Below are positions 1 through 9,468 of a stretch of 34,489 nt of DNA, one piece after another (position 1 is the stretch's first letter; each line of letters opens with the position of its first letter). The stretch comes from Pseudomonadota bacterium (GTDB lineage Bacteria; Bdellovibrionota; FAC87; UBA2466), in contig JAYSWN010000078.1 of NCBI GenBank assembly GCA_043718025.1, positions 1 through 34,489 on the forward strand, read 5' to 3'. Made by a program: the position numbers and the translations under genes. Below the pieces are notes generated by a model. It ran no database searches. It was not told the DNA's origin and saw nothing but the letters and a program-made list of their open reading frames with translations.

Positions 1-95
1 GAGATCCTTCGGCTGCGCCTCAGGACACGTTCCGGTCGGGAAGAAATTTAGGACCGCCCTTCGGGCGGATATTTTCATTTCCCGACAGGAACTAA

Positions 96-1712
96 TTAGG
101 GCGTCGCAGGCTTGCGGGTAGGGCTTTCATTGTCGGCGCCGTTGGTCTCCAGGCGACGCTCTCGCTTCTTGTCACCGCCGACGTAAAGGTCAATTTGCGG
201 CAACACATCGACGCCACGAATCTCAACGCTCTTTACCACTTCCGCAATCCCCAGCAGATCGGCACTCCGGTAGGTAAGCTTCATCTTCTTCTTGGTCGGA
301 GAAATGCTTAACGGCGACGAATACCGTTTATACGGCCCACCATCGATACTGTAGTAAGTGCCTTCAATTGCCAGTGGGTGAGTGTCTACCGATAGCGTGA
401 ATTGATTTGGAATTGGCGAGTACAGCAAATTATCTTTAGTGGTAAGCGGGATGGAGGCCCGAAATTGCGTTTCGGGCGCGGCAATTTGAATTGCCACGGT
501 AAAGATTCGGGTGGGCTCTACGTTACCAATTTTATCTACCGCACGAAAATTTACCGACTGCAGTCCCGCGTTCTTAAACTCAATCGGTCGGTCGTAAACT
601 CTAAAATCGGTTTCGTCGGCCATCTTGTATTCGACGCGCTCAATGCCCACGGCATTATCGCGAGCTTCTAGCTTAAGCCGAAAGCCGGCCGTCGCAAAAT
701 AGGTGCCGCCCGAGTTCACCAGTTTACCTAAGGGCACGCCTTTGGTCTGGGGCGGTTCAGAAACCGTGTAAAGCGTCGCCACCCGCGCCGCCTCTTTGTT
801 GCCCACGTTATCTTCGGTCAAAAAAGAAAGCTGGTGCGGGCCTTCTTTAAGTAAAAAAATGGTTTTTAGATACGGGGCCCAGTGGCCACCGTCGATTGAA
901 ATCCAAATCTGTTTTACTCCGGCGCCTTCGTCTTTGGCTTCGATGTCGAGGCCGGCCGAATCGCTTACGGCTAAATAGGTTTTGTTTTTGATCTGTAACT
1001 CTTTGCCTTTGCCTTGAACTTTCAGTTCGGAGCTTGGCACCGAGTCGTCGTAATAAATTTCTTGAGATTGGGTCGCCTCAACATTGCCGACCTTATCGTG
1101 AGATCGGAAGCTCAGCGTGTAATTGCCCTTCTTTTCGAAACGAATAGGTTTTTCATAAGGATAAAAAATTTTTCCATCTAGCGCGTATTCGGTCCGCCCC
1201 ACGCCGCTTAAATTGTCTTGCGCGTTTAGGGTTAGCCCGCCGCCGTGGCCCAGATAAACTTTTTCGCCGGTGCGGAACATGTGCTTCTCAAACCATTTGA
1301 TTTCGGTGCGCGGAGCAGACAGATCCACAAAAATTTCTAGGTACTGCACCGGTGACCAGTGGTTTACGTGATTCTTGGCGCGAAACCTAAGGCGATGCTT
1401 GCCCTCTTTATTGAAGTTGAAAGCGTCTTTGTAAGAGTTGAAATCGCCGTCGTCTAATGCCACTTCAATCTTATCGAGTGAGTCTTCGTTTTCACGCGTA
1501 CGTAAGAAGAAGCTGGTGCGATCGCCTACAAAGTACTTACGGCTTCCCGGGTCAAAGATTAACGGCAAGTCGTTGGCGGTGGGGGCGGATAGCGTGCCGC
1601 TGGCGTAGGCTCGGCCAAAGAAATCGGTAAATCTATCGCCAAAGACGTCGATAGAAGTCGGGATTATTGGTAAAATAATCAGGACCAGCAAATTCTTACA
1701 CCACACCCTCAT
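96..1712 (-). CDS. Exported/membrane-anchored protein with five tandem Ig-like (OmpL47-type) beta repeats
   Basis: N-terminal hydrophobic segment, then five ~95 aa repeats with a D-x-x-(S/A)GV..EY.(L/I)DG...Y..P...G...(L/V).FR..D.VGN.E pattern. Confidence 0.75.
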   Translation of the reverse strand: MRVWCKNLLVLIILPIIPTSIDVFGDRFTDFFGRAYASGTLSAPTANDLPLIFDPGSRKYFVGDRTSFFLRTRENEDSLDKIEVALDDGDFNSYKDAFNFNKEGKHRLRFRAKNHVNHWSPVQYLEIFVDLSAPRTEIKWFEKHMFRTGEKVYLGHGGGLTLNAQDNLSGVGRTEYALDGKIFYPYEKPIRFEKKGNYTLSFRSHDKVGNVEATQSQEIYYDDSVPSSELKVQGKGKELQIKNKTYLAVSDSAGLDIEAKDEGAGVKQIWISIDGGHWAPYLKTIFLLKEGPHQLSFLTEDNVGNKEAARVATLYTVSEPPQTKGVPLGKLVNSGGTYFATAGFRLKLEARDNAVGIERVEYKMADETDFRVYDRPIEFKNAGLQSVNFRAVDKIGNVEPTRIFTVAIQIAAPETQFRASIPLTTKDNLLYSPIPNQFTLSVDTHPLAIEGTYYSIDGGPYKRYSSPLSISPTKKKMKLTYRSADLLGIAEVVKSVEIRGVDVLPQIDLYVGGDKKRERRLETNGADNESPTRKPATP

Positions 1713-1719
1713 GTATACG

Positions 1720-1747
1720 TTTTCGGCTTAATTCGAGCCACGCATAA
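1720..1747 (-). promoter_or_regulatory. Possible sigma28 (FliA)-type promoter
   Basis: GCCGAAAA (-10-like, 1720-1727) ends 7 nt before the ATG at 1712; the -35 (TTATGCGT) is a poor match. Confidence 0.35.
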
Positions 1748-1772
1748 GCCTTAAGGCTACTAGGAGTTTTTC

Positions 1773-2444
1773 ATGGTAATTCAAACACTTAATACGCTAC
1801 GTCATGCCTTTGGCGAAGGTGGCTGGGGAATGTACCCCATCTTTTTCTTGGGCGTGGTGGGCTTTGCCATCGCCACCGAGCGCACGTTTAGCCTGTATCT
1901 GCGCATGAATTTAGATAAAGAGCACTTCTTCAAAAGCCTTACCACCTGTCTGCTGCACGGCGACTTAGAGGGAATGGTAGCGGTGTGCGACGAAAACCCC
2001 GCCCCACTCTCGAAGGTGATTAAGAATTGTTTGATTCGCCTGATTAACAAAGGCACCGATGCTGAAATTCAAGCCGCGCTCGATGAAGGCGTTTTAATTG
2101 AAGTGCCACGCATTGAACGCCGCATCGGATTTTTGGCGGTAATCGGCAACGTCGCCACGTTGATGGGTCTTTTGGGAACCATCACCGGCCTAATTCAAGC
2201 CTTTGGCGCCGTAGCTAATTCGGATCCGGTTACTAAGGCCGCGATTCTCACCAAGGGTATTTCTGAAGCGATGAACTGTACGGCCTTTGGCCTAATTGTG
2301 GCGGTGCCTTCGGTGCTGATCTATTCCATTCTTCAAGCCCGCGCCCAGACCGTGATCGACGACATTAACGAAATTAGTATTCGCACGTTCAACTTCATTC
2401 TCGCCAACCGCGAACGGTTCGGCATCGAATCTAAGGCGGCATAA
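1773..2444 (+). CDS. MotA/TolQ/ExbB proton channel protein (AglR-like)
   Basis: Three TM segments, TLMGLLGTITG and GISEAMNCTAFGL motifs; AGGAG RBS upstream. Confidence 0.92.
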   Translation: MVIQTLNTLRHAFGEGGWGMYPIFFLGVVGFAIATERTFSLYLRMNLDKEHFFKSLTTCLLHGDLEGMVAVCDENPAPLSKVIKNCLIRLINKGTDAEIQAALDEGVLIEVPRIERRIGFLAVIGNVATLMGLLGTITGLIQAFGAVANSDPVTKAAILTKGISEAMNCTAFGLIVAVPSVLIYSILQARAQTVIDDINEISIRTFNFILANRERFGIESKAA

Positions 2445-2450
2445 GTGGGA

Positions 2451-2894
2451 ATGAGCGGCGATTCGGGCGAGAAACTTAACGTCGAGCTTAATCTCGTACC
2501 GTTTATCGATCTGTTAAGTTCCCTCGTCTTGTTTCTATTGCTCACCGCCGTCTGGGTTCAAGTCTCCACCATCAATTCGCAGATTGAAAAGAAAGGGCCG
2601 GCCGCCTCCGCCGCAAAAAGAGAAGATAGCCAGCTCTCCATTCGTCTCACTGCCGCCGGATTCTCGCTGTCGTGGCCAAACCAGTTGGCAGGCTTTCCTG
2701 CAGAAATTGTGAAAAGCAAAGGGCAGTTTGATTACGCCGCCCTGGAAACCAAGCTTAAAGAGGGGCGTCAAAAATTTCCTGAGGTGAACGCTTCGGTAAA
2801 TGCCGACGATGAAGTGGATTACGGCGAAGTGATTCGAACCATCGACACCGGTAAACAGAGCGGTCTCACTACCGTTGGAATTGAGGCAGGGTGA
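2451..2894 (+). CDS. ExbD/TolR family protein
   Basis: LNLVPFIDLLSSLV single TM with conserved Asp; C-terminal ADDEVDYGEVIRTID motif; start either GTG 2445 or ATG 2451. Confidence 0.9.
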   Translation: MSGDSGEKLNVELNLVPFIDLLSSLVLFLLLTAVWVQVSTINSQIEKKGPAASAAKREDSQLSIRLTAAGFSLSWPNQLAGFPAEIVKSKGQFDYAALETKLKEGRQKFPEVNASVNADDEVDYGEVIRTIDTGKQSGLTTVGIEAG

Positions 2895-2895
2895 G

Positions 2896-3411
2896 ATGCC
2901 GATAAAGAAGGCCCGTCTAAAAATCAGTGACTACAGCGTCAACCGCAAGGGTCGGGTAAGTACCACCGAACGTAAGATTCGGATGGTGTCGCTATCGCTC
3001 ACTTCGATGGTCGACATGTTCGCCATCCTGGTTATCTTTCTGCTCTCCAGCCAAGATACCGCTACCCCCATGCTCGATTTTGGCCACGGCGTTCAGCTAC
3101 CCAAGGCCAAAACCGCGGCTCCGCCGCCCCAGGGAGTGACGTTAGAAATGGCCAGAAATGGAGTGTTTTTTGAGTCGAAGAAGTTGGCCGACCTCGACCA
3201 ATTGAAATCGACCGATGCAAAAACTCTGGCGCCGCTACGCCGTTGGTTAGAAGACCAGATCAAGGCCGATCTCGCCAATCCGGCTTCCGCCAAAAGGCTA
3301 AACTTGGTTGCCGACGAACGATTACCCTACGGTACGGTGAAGCGAGTGGTGGCCATGGCCAAACGATCGGGCTACGCCGAACTAAGTTTAGCCGTTGAGC
3401 CCAAAAAGTAG
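2896..3411 (+). CDS. Second ExbD/TolR family protein (AglS-like)
   Basis: LSLTSMVDMFAILVIFLL TM with Asp, LPKA and ADERLPYGTVKRV motifs; ATG at 2896 directly follows the previous stop. Confidence 0.88.
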   Translation: MPIKKARLKISDYSVNRKGRVSTTERKIRMVSLSLTSMVDMFAILVIFLLSSQDTATPMLDFGHGVQLPKAKTAAPPPQGVTLEMARNGVFFESKKLADLDQLKSTDAKTLAPLRRWLEDQIKADLANPASAKRLNLVADERLPYGTVKRVVAMAKRSGYAELSLAVEPKK

Positions 3412-3412
3412 A

Positions 3413-4240
3413 TTATTTTTTATAGCGGCAGATCGACATCAGCAAATACCCACCGAAAATCCTCGATAGAATTTTATCGACCCAAAATACCAATTGGCGA
3501 GTGGGTTCACTCTTTAGCAATGCCACGACCGTGCCATTTACCGCGCGATGAGACAAACCGCCCACCGTTCTCAATCCCGGAAAATTCGCGAAGAGTTTAA
3601 AAACATTAAAAAATAAAATGAGAAAACCGATGCTCTTCTCACTCCCCACCATCTCCATGTCGTCGGGCAACACCGGCCGTAGGGTTTCTACCGGCACTTC
3701 ACGCCCGTAAGGAAACTTACCCATCGCTTCCAAGGCCGCCTTGCCCACCAGGTATAAGAACGACTTAGAATAGGGACACAGCAAAAGCAGCAATCCATTT
3801 TTAGTGGCAACGGTTCCCATTTTGCTTAGCAATGCGCGCTGTTCAAGCGCGGTAAAATGCTCGAGCACCCCAGCATTCCACACCAATTCATAGACTCGAC
3901 CGATCTCGTTGCGGGTGAACTTAAACAGATCAGCCTCAAAATAACGCACTTCGCGGCGTAACCCTTGATTGGCGTGGGCCGCGAGCTTTAACGCCTCGGG
4001 GCTAAGATCTAAAATTCCGGTTTCAGCACCACGCTCGTTTAAATAACGGCTGGTACGCCCTGAACCCGCGCCCATTTCAATGGCGCTATTGGGCGTGCGC
4101 CCTTTTAAACGGCGAAACGCATCTTCAATCGCGTACGAAAGAAAAAGACACATCGCGTCGTCACGCGAAGGCGACTGGTTTTCGCGTGTCCAATAATTTT
4201 GCCAAACCTGCGTTTGGTCGGGAGAGTGTTCTATTTTCAT
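3413..4240 (-). CDS. Class I SAM-dependent methyltransferase
   Basis: EMGAGSG motif I, LDLS motif II, VWNAGVLEHF; ATG at 4240 preferred over the 4264 ORF start. Confidence 0.85.
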   Translation of the reverse strand: MKIEHSPDQTQVWQNYWTRENQSPSRDDAMCLFLSYAIEDAFRRLKGRTPNSAIEMGAGSGRTSRYLNERGAETGILDLSPEALKLAAHANQGLRREVRYFEADLFKFTRNEIGRVYELVWNAGVLEHFTALEQRALLSKMGTVATKNGLLLLLCPYSKSFLYLVGKAALEAMGKFPYGREVPVETLRPVLPDDMEMVGSEKSIGFLILFFNVFKLFANFPGLRTVGGLSHRAVNGTVVALLKSEPTRQLVFWVDKILSRIFGGYLLMSICRYKK

Positions 4241-4265
4241 AGGGGGTGACAGTGATTCTAACACA

Positions 4266-4312
4266 AAAAAAAGCCCCTTCCCTCGTCGATATAACGGAGA
4301 GAAGAGGCTTTT
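4266..4312 (-). terminator. Probable intrinsic terminator
   Basis: Imperfect AAAAGCCCCTTC...GAAGAGGCTTTT hairpin with a T8 tail on the minus strand, downstream of 4332..4877. Confidence 0.6.
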
Positions 4313-4331
4313 CGAAATTATCAGTTCTTAA

Positions 4332-4877
4332 TCAACCTTTGCGGGTGATCACTTTCAAATGACGCTCAGAAAAATCAGGCTTCACGTTGTCGCGGTTAAT
4401 GCACGGTGCTTTACCCGGAGCGCCCACTTCAGTTTGAAAGAAGCCCAATTCGCTACCGCCGTTGTAATAACGGACGCCGCGATTAGGAACTTCAACCTTA
4501 ACCACTAAATTCAGGCCGTTGCGGTACTCCGAGCTGGTACGGGCGTGTAAGGTAGCCTCAATTTGCGTCGACCAATTGAAGGGAGAAACCGATTTCATTT
4601 CCACCTCTTCGCGATACATCCACTCTTTGTTCTGAGGCGGATGTCCCCATTTTTCTACGTTCCAACCGTAAATCAGGGTGAGTTTTGTTCCCCAGGGCAG
4701 ACTTTCGTCCTTAAAGGTGACGTCGTAATCGCCCACCATCGCTGAAAAATAGCCGCACGAATAAACATATTCCCGGCCCATTACCTTTAACGTCTCGGCC
4801 ATGCCGGCCGAAGACACGATCATAAACAGCCCCAACCACTTCAACTTCCCAACCACAGCTACCCCCCGGTTAATCAT
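4332..4877 (-). CDS. Hypothetical secreted beta-rich protein
   Basis: Signal-peptide-like N-terminus (AGMA-E); ATG overlaps the upstream TAA (TAATG coupling). Confidence 0.7.
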   Translation of the reverse strand: MINRGVAVVGKLKWLGLFMIVSSAGMAETLKVMGREYVYSCGYFSAMVGDYDVTFKDESLPWGTKLTLIYGWNVEKWGHPPQNKEWMYREEVEMKSVSPFNWSTQIEATLHARTSSEYRNGLNLVVKVEVPNRGVRYYNGGSELGFFQTEVGAPGKAPCINRDNVKPDFSERHLKVITRKG

Positions 4878-5494
4878 TAAATAACGCGATGCTTTTTAAG
4901 ATGGAGTTCCAGATCAAGGGGAGAGAGTGCGACCAATTCCGCTTTCATCCCCACGTTTCTGGCCGCATCGACATTTTCTTGCCGATCGTCAAAAAAAAGT
5001 ATCGCGCCAGCGGTGATTTTGGTTTTACGCAGTACGAAGTCAAACGCTTTTTGTTCGGGCTTACGGGCGCCAATCTCGAAGCTGGTAAAAAGATGCTCAA
5101 GGTGCGTCAAACAGGGGAAGTTTTTCAGGGCATACTCGATATGAACGTGGTTCGAATTACTCAAGCCGAATAAACGATATTTGGGTTTGAGGCTTAGTAG
5201 CAAGCGGTTAACGCCTTCCACCTCACCCACCAATACCGAATTCCAGATCGCCAGAAATTGCTCCCAAGTGGCGTCCTTCAAGCCCGCGGTGGAAACTCGC
5301 TCTTTGGCCGCATTAAAAAATTGTTTGCCATCAATTTTTCCACGTTCAAATAAATCGTAAGGCGGCCAAGTCCCAAGCTGGTGCAAAGTTTCGCCAGCAC
5401 CGCCCCCCTGCTTAAATGCCAACGCTTGCACTAATCGCGAAGGGTCGAGTTTCAACAACACCTCACCAACATCAAAAAGTAGGGCTTCAATCAT
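4877..5494 (-). CDS. HAD family phosphatase (YihX-like)
   Basis: LLFDVGEVL motif I, LSNSN motif II, KP motif III, FFDD motif IV. Confidence 0.9.
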   Translation of the reverse strand: MIEALLFDVGEVLLKLDPSRLVQALAFKQGGGAGETLHQLGTWPPYDLFERGKIDGKQFFNAAKERVSTAGLKDATWEQFLAIWNSVLVGEVEGVNRLLLSLKPKYRLFGLSNSNHVHIEYALKNFPCLTHLEHLFTSFEIGARKPEQKAFDFVLRKTKITAGAILFFDDRQENVDAARNVGMKAELVALSPLDLELHLKKHRVI

Positions 5495-5536
5495 GTCTTA
5501 GAATACACGCGCGGAGTACGCTGGTACTATCGCGTA

Positions 5537-6265
5537 ATGTCGAACGTAGTCGTTACTCCCATCCCCTGCCTCACCGACAATTACGCCTACCTCATTGAGC
5601 GCAATGGCAATGCGGTAGTGATCGACCCCAGCGAAAGCGACGCGGTGGTTAAAGTGGTGGAAGAACGCAAGGTAAAGCTCACGCAGATTTGGAACACGCA
5701 CCACCACTGGGATCACGTTGGCGGCAACCGTGATTTAAAAAACAGGTACGGCTGTCAGGTGATCGGAAGTTGGATTGACCGCTACCGCGTTCCCGAAGTG
5801 GATTCCACTTACGAAGACAATCAGGCCTTTTTATTCGAAGGGCTGACGGTACAAATACTGGCGGTACCCGGACACACCATCGGCGCCATTGCGTTTTACC
5901 TTCCCGAAATCAACGCCGTATTTACCGGTGACACTCTATTTATCCTGGGCTGCGGACGCTTATTCGAAGGAACCTCACAACAGATGTGGGAAAGCCTCAA
6001 ACGGCTTTCCGCGCTTCCGCCCGACACCTTGGTTTATTGCGGACACGAGTACTTTCGCCAAAACGCGGAGTTTGCGCGCGCCGTGAATCCTCATGATGAC
6101 CGAATGATGGAGCGCATCACCGACATTGAAGCGCGGGTGAATGCCATGCATTACAGCGTGCCGGGCACCATCGGCACTGAAAATAACTCCAACCCCTTTC
6201 TCACCGCCGGATCGGCCGACCGCTTTGCCGAATTACGAAAGATAAAAGACTCGTTCAAAAAATAG
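5537..6265 (+). CDS. gloB: Hydroxyacylglutathione hydrolase (glyoxalase II)
   Basis: DNYAYL, THHHWDHVGG, PGHT, FTGDTLF..GCGRLFEG, CGHEY, NPF motifs. Confidence 0.95.
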   Translation: MSNVVVTPIPCLTDNYAYLIERNGNAVVIDPSESDAVVKVVEERKVKLTQIWNTHHHWDHVGGNRDLKNRYGCQVIGSWIDRYRVPEVDSTYEDNQAFLFEGLTVQILAVPGHTIGAIAFYLPEINAVFTGDTLFILGCGRLFEGTSQQMWESLKRLSALPPDTLVYCGHEYFRQNAEFARAVNPHDDRMMERITDIEARVNAMHYSVPGTIGTENNSNPFLTAGSADRFAELRKIKDSFKK

Positions 6266-6501
6266 CGGTGTCACTTCGCCTGTAGAAAACTCTCGATCAG
6301 AGCCACATCGTCCCCATTGAAACATTTGTTAAGCGTGCTTTGAGCGTAAAAAATTGCCCGCCGTTGGCTCAAGACTTGCTCACTGCAATGTACTTGGGAA
6401 TAGCTCGATTGGGCTTCCCTCGCTGCCGCTTCACTTCGCTTCCCCGCTGACGAAACCAAATCGAGCTAGCAAAGACTTGCCAATATTGGGGGACAACAGT
6501 G

Positions 6502-8757
6502 ATGTCGAGAAACTTACGCCACAAACACGTGCTTAAAGCCTTAGCCGGAATCGGTATCGGCCTCTGGCTTGCCGGCTGCGCCAAGTCAGGCCAGCTCGAA
6601 CCTAACCGCAGCAACCTGGTTGAAATAGATGGCGGAGATCAAAAGAAAACTATTGGCGAAAACGGCCAACAGTTCGACGTCATGAACCAAGGTCAACTCA
6701 ACAAAGAGATCGCCAAAGGAAAGGTGTTGAGCCTCACCTCGAGCGAAGGGCAAAAAGCTTTGCTACGAATGGTGGAGCTCAGTCCCGCAATGGCCGAGGC
6801 GACCGACGACGTCACCAACCTGGCGGACGACTCACTGTTGGTAGGCTTTCCGGTGGGATTACTTTCCGAACGCCATCTGTTCGGCGGAGTGATCACCAAA
6901 GTAACCGATACCAAGAGCGAGAAACTCGGCGGATTAAAGCTAACCGATTTGGATCCGCTGCACGTACAGCTGGTGGTTAGCAAAGGAAAGGAAGGCGGGT
7001 ACTCGCTCGTTCTGCTGGGCTGCCCCTCGAAGTGCGCCGAGGGGGCGGCGTTGTCGCCTATCTTGGGGATTCCCATTGCCGGCGTCGACGAAGCCAAGGG
7101 TCAGTTGGTGCTTGATCTAAAAACGTTGGGCAACGAGTTGAACCTCATCGAGATGCTCGATCCTACGGGCGACTACACCGAATTAAAAACGGTGTCATCG
7201 AGCGTAGTTTCCTTAGACTACTCATTGTCGACCCTGGTGTTCGACATTCAGGTGAAGATGGTTCCCAAAGCCGAACCCGTGGCCGGAACGGCCGTGCCGG
7301 AAACCACCTTTACCATTCGCTGGTACCTGCGTTTGACCTCGGTGTTTGATTCAAGCTTTGTGTCGCGTCCGGCCACCGACGGGGTCGGATTTTTTATGAC
7401 TGCACGAAGCGCGACCCCGAAGATTCAACGCTTCGCGATCCCTAGCACTTCGGGCACTCAGGTGATGGGCATTAAGTACTATCTAAAAAACGTACCCGTG
7501 GCCCACCAACCGGCCTTCGCCTCGGCATTCGACGCGTGGAATAAAAAGTTTACCGCGATAATCGGTAAGCCATTAATGACCTACGAATTCGTCGAACCCG
7601 GTAGCGAGAAAGACAAGCTGCTGGTCACCGGTGATATCCGCTACAAAATTATCGAGTGGGACATTACCAATCTTGCCGGCTACGGCGGCCTTGGGCCCTC
7701 AATTGCCAACCAAAATACCGGTGAGCTCTTAACCGCTAACGTTCTGGTGCAAGGGCCAAAGATCGTCGAGCTCTATTCAAAATGGTTCGCCGTAAGTACC
7801 CTGGCCGAAGAACTGATGGACGAAGGTCGAGTGGTCGAAGCCCAAACGCTTTTAAAAACCACCAAGCAATCGCTTAAAGGATTGATGGGCGAAACTTCAT
7901 CGGCCAAGCACGTTCTTAAATTGGGCAAGGGGCTGGTGTTTCGCGTGCCTTCGCAAACGCCGGAGCTTCAAGATCCGTTAGCGCAGCGGGACGACTTCGA
8001 ACCGCTGCCGGCCGGCATCACTTACGAAAAATACATGGCCGGTTACTTTCACGAGTTAGTTACGCACGAGATGGGACACAACGTCGGCTTGCGCCACAAC
8101 TTTCGCGGCAATCTGGCCTACACGGCAGTGGCTCCCGGAGCGGTGAGCAACTCGGTAATGGAATACCAAGGGCGTAACTTCCGCTATGTAAATGACATCG
8201 GCGCCTACGATGTGATGGCACTCGAGTATGGTTATGCCGGAAAAAAACCCGGAGTGATGGGGCTCTTCTGCACGGATGAAAACGTTGCCGACGACTCTAC
8301 GCCCAATAACTCGCCCGAGTGCTCACGAGACGATGCCACCGCCGATCCCGTTGGCTTCTATTTAGTGCGGGCGGCGCGCATCATCGATCTCATCACGTTG
8401 AAGGGTTCAACCGAGGCTCCAGTGTGGATGCCGGCCGACACCGCAAAGGAGATCAAGGCCTATTACAGTAACCTTGGCCTCTACGCGGCGAGAGCCGAAA
8501 CCACCGGCGCCACCTGGACAAATTTCTTTACCGGAGGGGATCGTCCGGCCAGTGCGGCGGGCGTCAAAGCCTACGTCCTCAACCAGGTAAAAAGTCAGCT
8601 CTGCGGACCAAACATTGCGGCGGTGGTGGCAAGCAAAGCCACGGCGGAGGGCAAAGCCAAAACCGAAACCAATGTTATCGAGCTCCGTAAAAAAGTGGCC
8701 GAAGCCCTGAAGCCCTACAAGGTGTTTAGTGACGAAGAGTTAGCGTGTACTCCGTAA
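6502..8757 (+). CDS. Zinc-dependent metalloprotease lipoprotein (metzincin, EcxA-like)
   Basis: Lipobox LAGC; GDIRY motif; HEMGHNVGLRHNF zinc-binding motif; SVMEY Met-turn; start GTG 6499 or ATG 6502. Confidence 0.88.
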   Translation: MSRNLRHKHVLKALAGIGIGLWLAGCAKSGQLEPNRSNLVEIDGGDQKKTIGENGQQFDVMNQGQLNKEIAKGKVLSLTSSEGQKALLRMVELSPAMAEATDDVTNLADDSLLVGFPVGLLSERHLFGGVITKVTDTKSEKLGGLKLTDLDPLHVQLVVSKGKEGGYSLVLLGCPSKCAEGAALSPILGIPIAGVDEAKGQLVLDLKTLGNELNLIEMLDPTGDYTELKTVSSSVVSLDYSLSTLVFDIQVKMVPKAEPVAGTAVPETTFTIRWYLRLTSVFDSSFVSRPATDGVGFFMTARSATPKIQRFAIPSTSGTQVMGIKYYLKNVPVAHQPAFASAFDAWNKKFTAIIGKPLMTYEFVEPGSEKDKLLVTGDIRYKIIEWDITNLAGYGGLGPSIANQNTGELLTANVLVQGPKIVELYSKWFAVSTLAEELMDEGRVVEAQTLLKTTKQSLKGLMGETSSAKHVLKLGKGLVFRVPSQTPELQDPLAQRDDFEPLPAGITYEKYMAGYFHELVTHEMGHNVGLRHNFRGNLAYTAVAPGAVSNSVMEYQGRNFRYVNDIGAYDVMALEYGYAGKKPGVMGLFCTDENVADDSTPNNSPECSRDDATADPVGFYLVRAARIIDLITLKGSTEAPVWMPADTAKEIKAYYSNLGLYAARAETTGATWTNFFTGGDRPASAAGVKAYVLNQVKSQLCGPNIAAVVASKATAEGKAKTETNVIELRKKVAEALKPYKVFSDEELACTP

Positions 8758-8767
8758 CGTAAGGCGT

Positions 8768-8797
8768 GATGGGCCGGTGAGCAATCACCGGCCCGTC
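8768..8797. terminator. GC-rich hairpin between convergent genes
   Basis: GGGCCGGTGA-GCAA-TCACCGGCCC perfect stem with GNRA loop; no strong U tract. Confidence 0.55.
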
Positions 8798-8816
8798 AAC
8801 GTTCTTCTCACCAAAC

Positions 8817-9317
8817 TTAAGGACAAGCGGCTCCTTCAAATCGATCAATACCAAAATGAACATCGGGCGTCGTTTGCAGCTTCACCCGAAAATCGTAGTA
8901 GTCGGCATCACTATTGTCGTTCAGCCACATATCAACAAACGACGGGGTGCGATGATTCACGTGGTAATTTAAATCGGCGATCAAACCGGCGTGATTTGAA
9001 TTCAGGCTCTGATGTACAACGCCTCCATCCTTACCTTCGCTATAGACTCTCAGGCGAACCTGGTTACATCGGCCAGGATAGTCAAAAAAATCTACGCTGC
9101 CCTGTATTCCGCCGGGGCTAAAGCAATTGCCCAAAGCGCGTTTGTTACACCCGATTTTTTGAAACGGGCCGTTGTTTACCGAAACATGCAGGCAATTTCG
9201 ACTACAGGCCCGATCTTCCCCGCTTACGAAGCGAAGCGTTCGACGCACCAACACCGGATCGGCCCAAGCGTTCGCGATGAATAAAAAAGACACCAAAAAA
9301 GACGTCAGTCTCAACAT
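8817..9317 (-). CDS. Hypothetical secreted cysteine-containing protein
   Basis: Signal peptide ending AWA-D; six Cys; acidic NDNSDADYYD motif; ATG at 9317 preferred. Confidence 0.7.
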   Translation of the reverse strand: MLRLTSFLVSFLFIANAWADPVLVRRTLRFVSGEDRACSRNCLHVSVNNGPFQKIGCNKRALGNCFSPGGIQGSVDFFDYPGRCNQVRLRVYSEGKDGGVVHQSLNSNHAGLIADLNYHVNHRTPSFVDMWLNDNSDADYYDFRVKLQTTPDVHFGIDRFEGAACP

Positions 9318-9468
9318 ATAAAGTAACCCCAAGTTTTCCCGTGGTGAAGCCTCACACTACGACAGTAAAAGAGTTTGGCAACTCTGAACATTGGGGCTGA
9401 CTACGCCGGTGAATTTTAACCGGCCTGATGCTAAGCTCCCTTCCAATTGTGAACCTAGGAGGAATGCT

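Noticed and set aside
1725..1739. GG-N10-GC on both strands between the divergent genes
   Set aside because: Lacks the T before GC on both strands and arises from a short imperfect palindrome; too weak to call sigma54.
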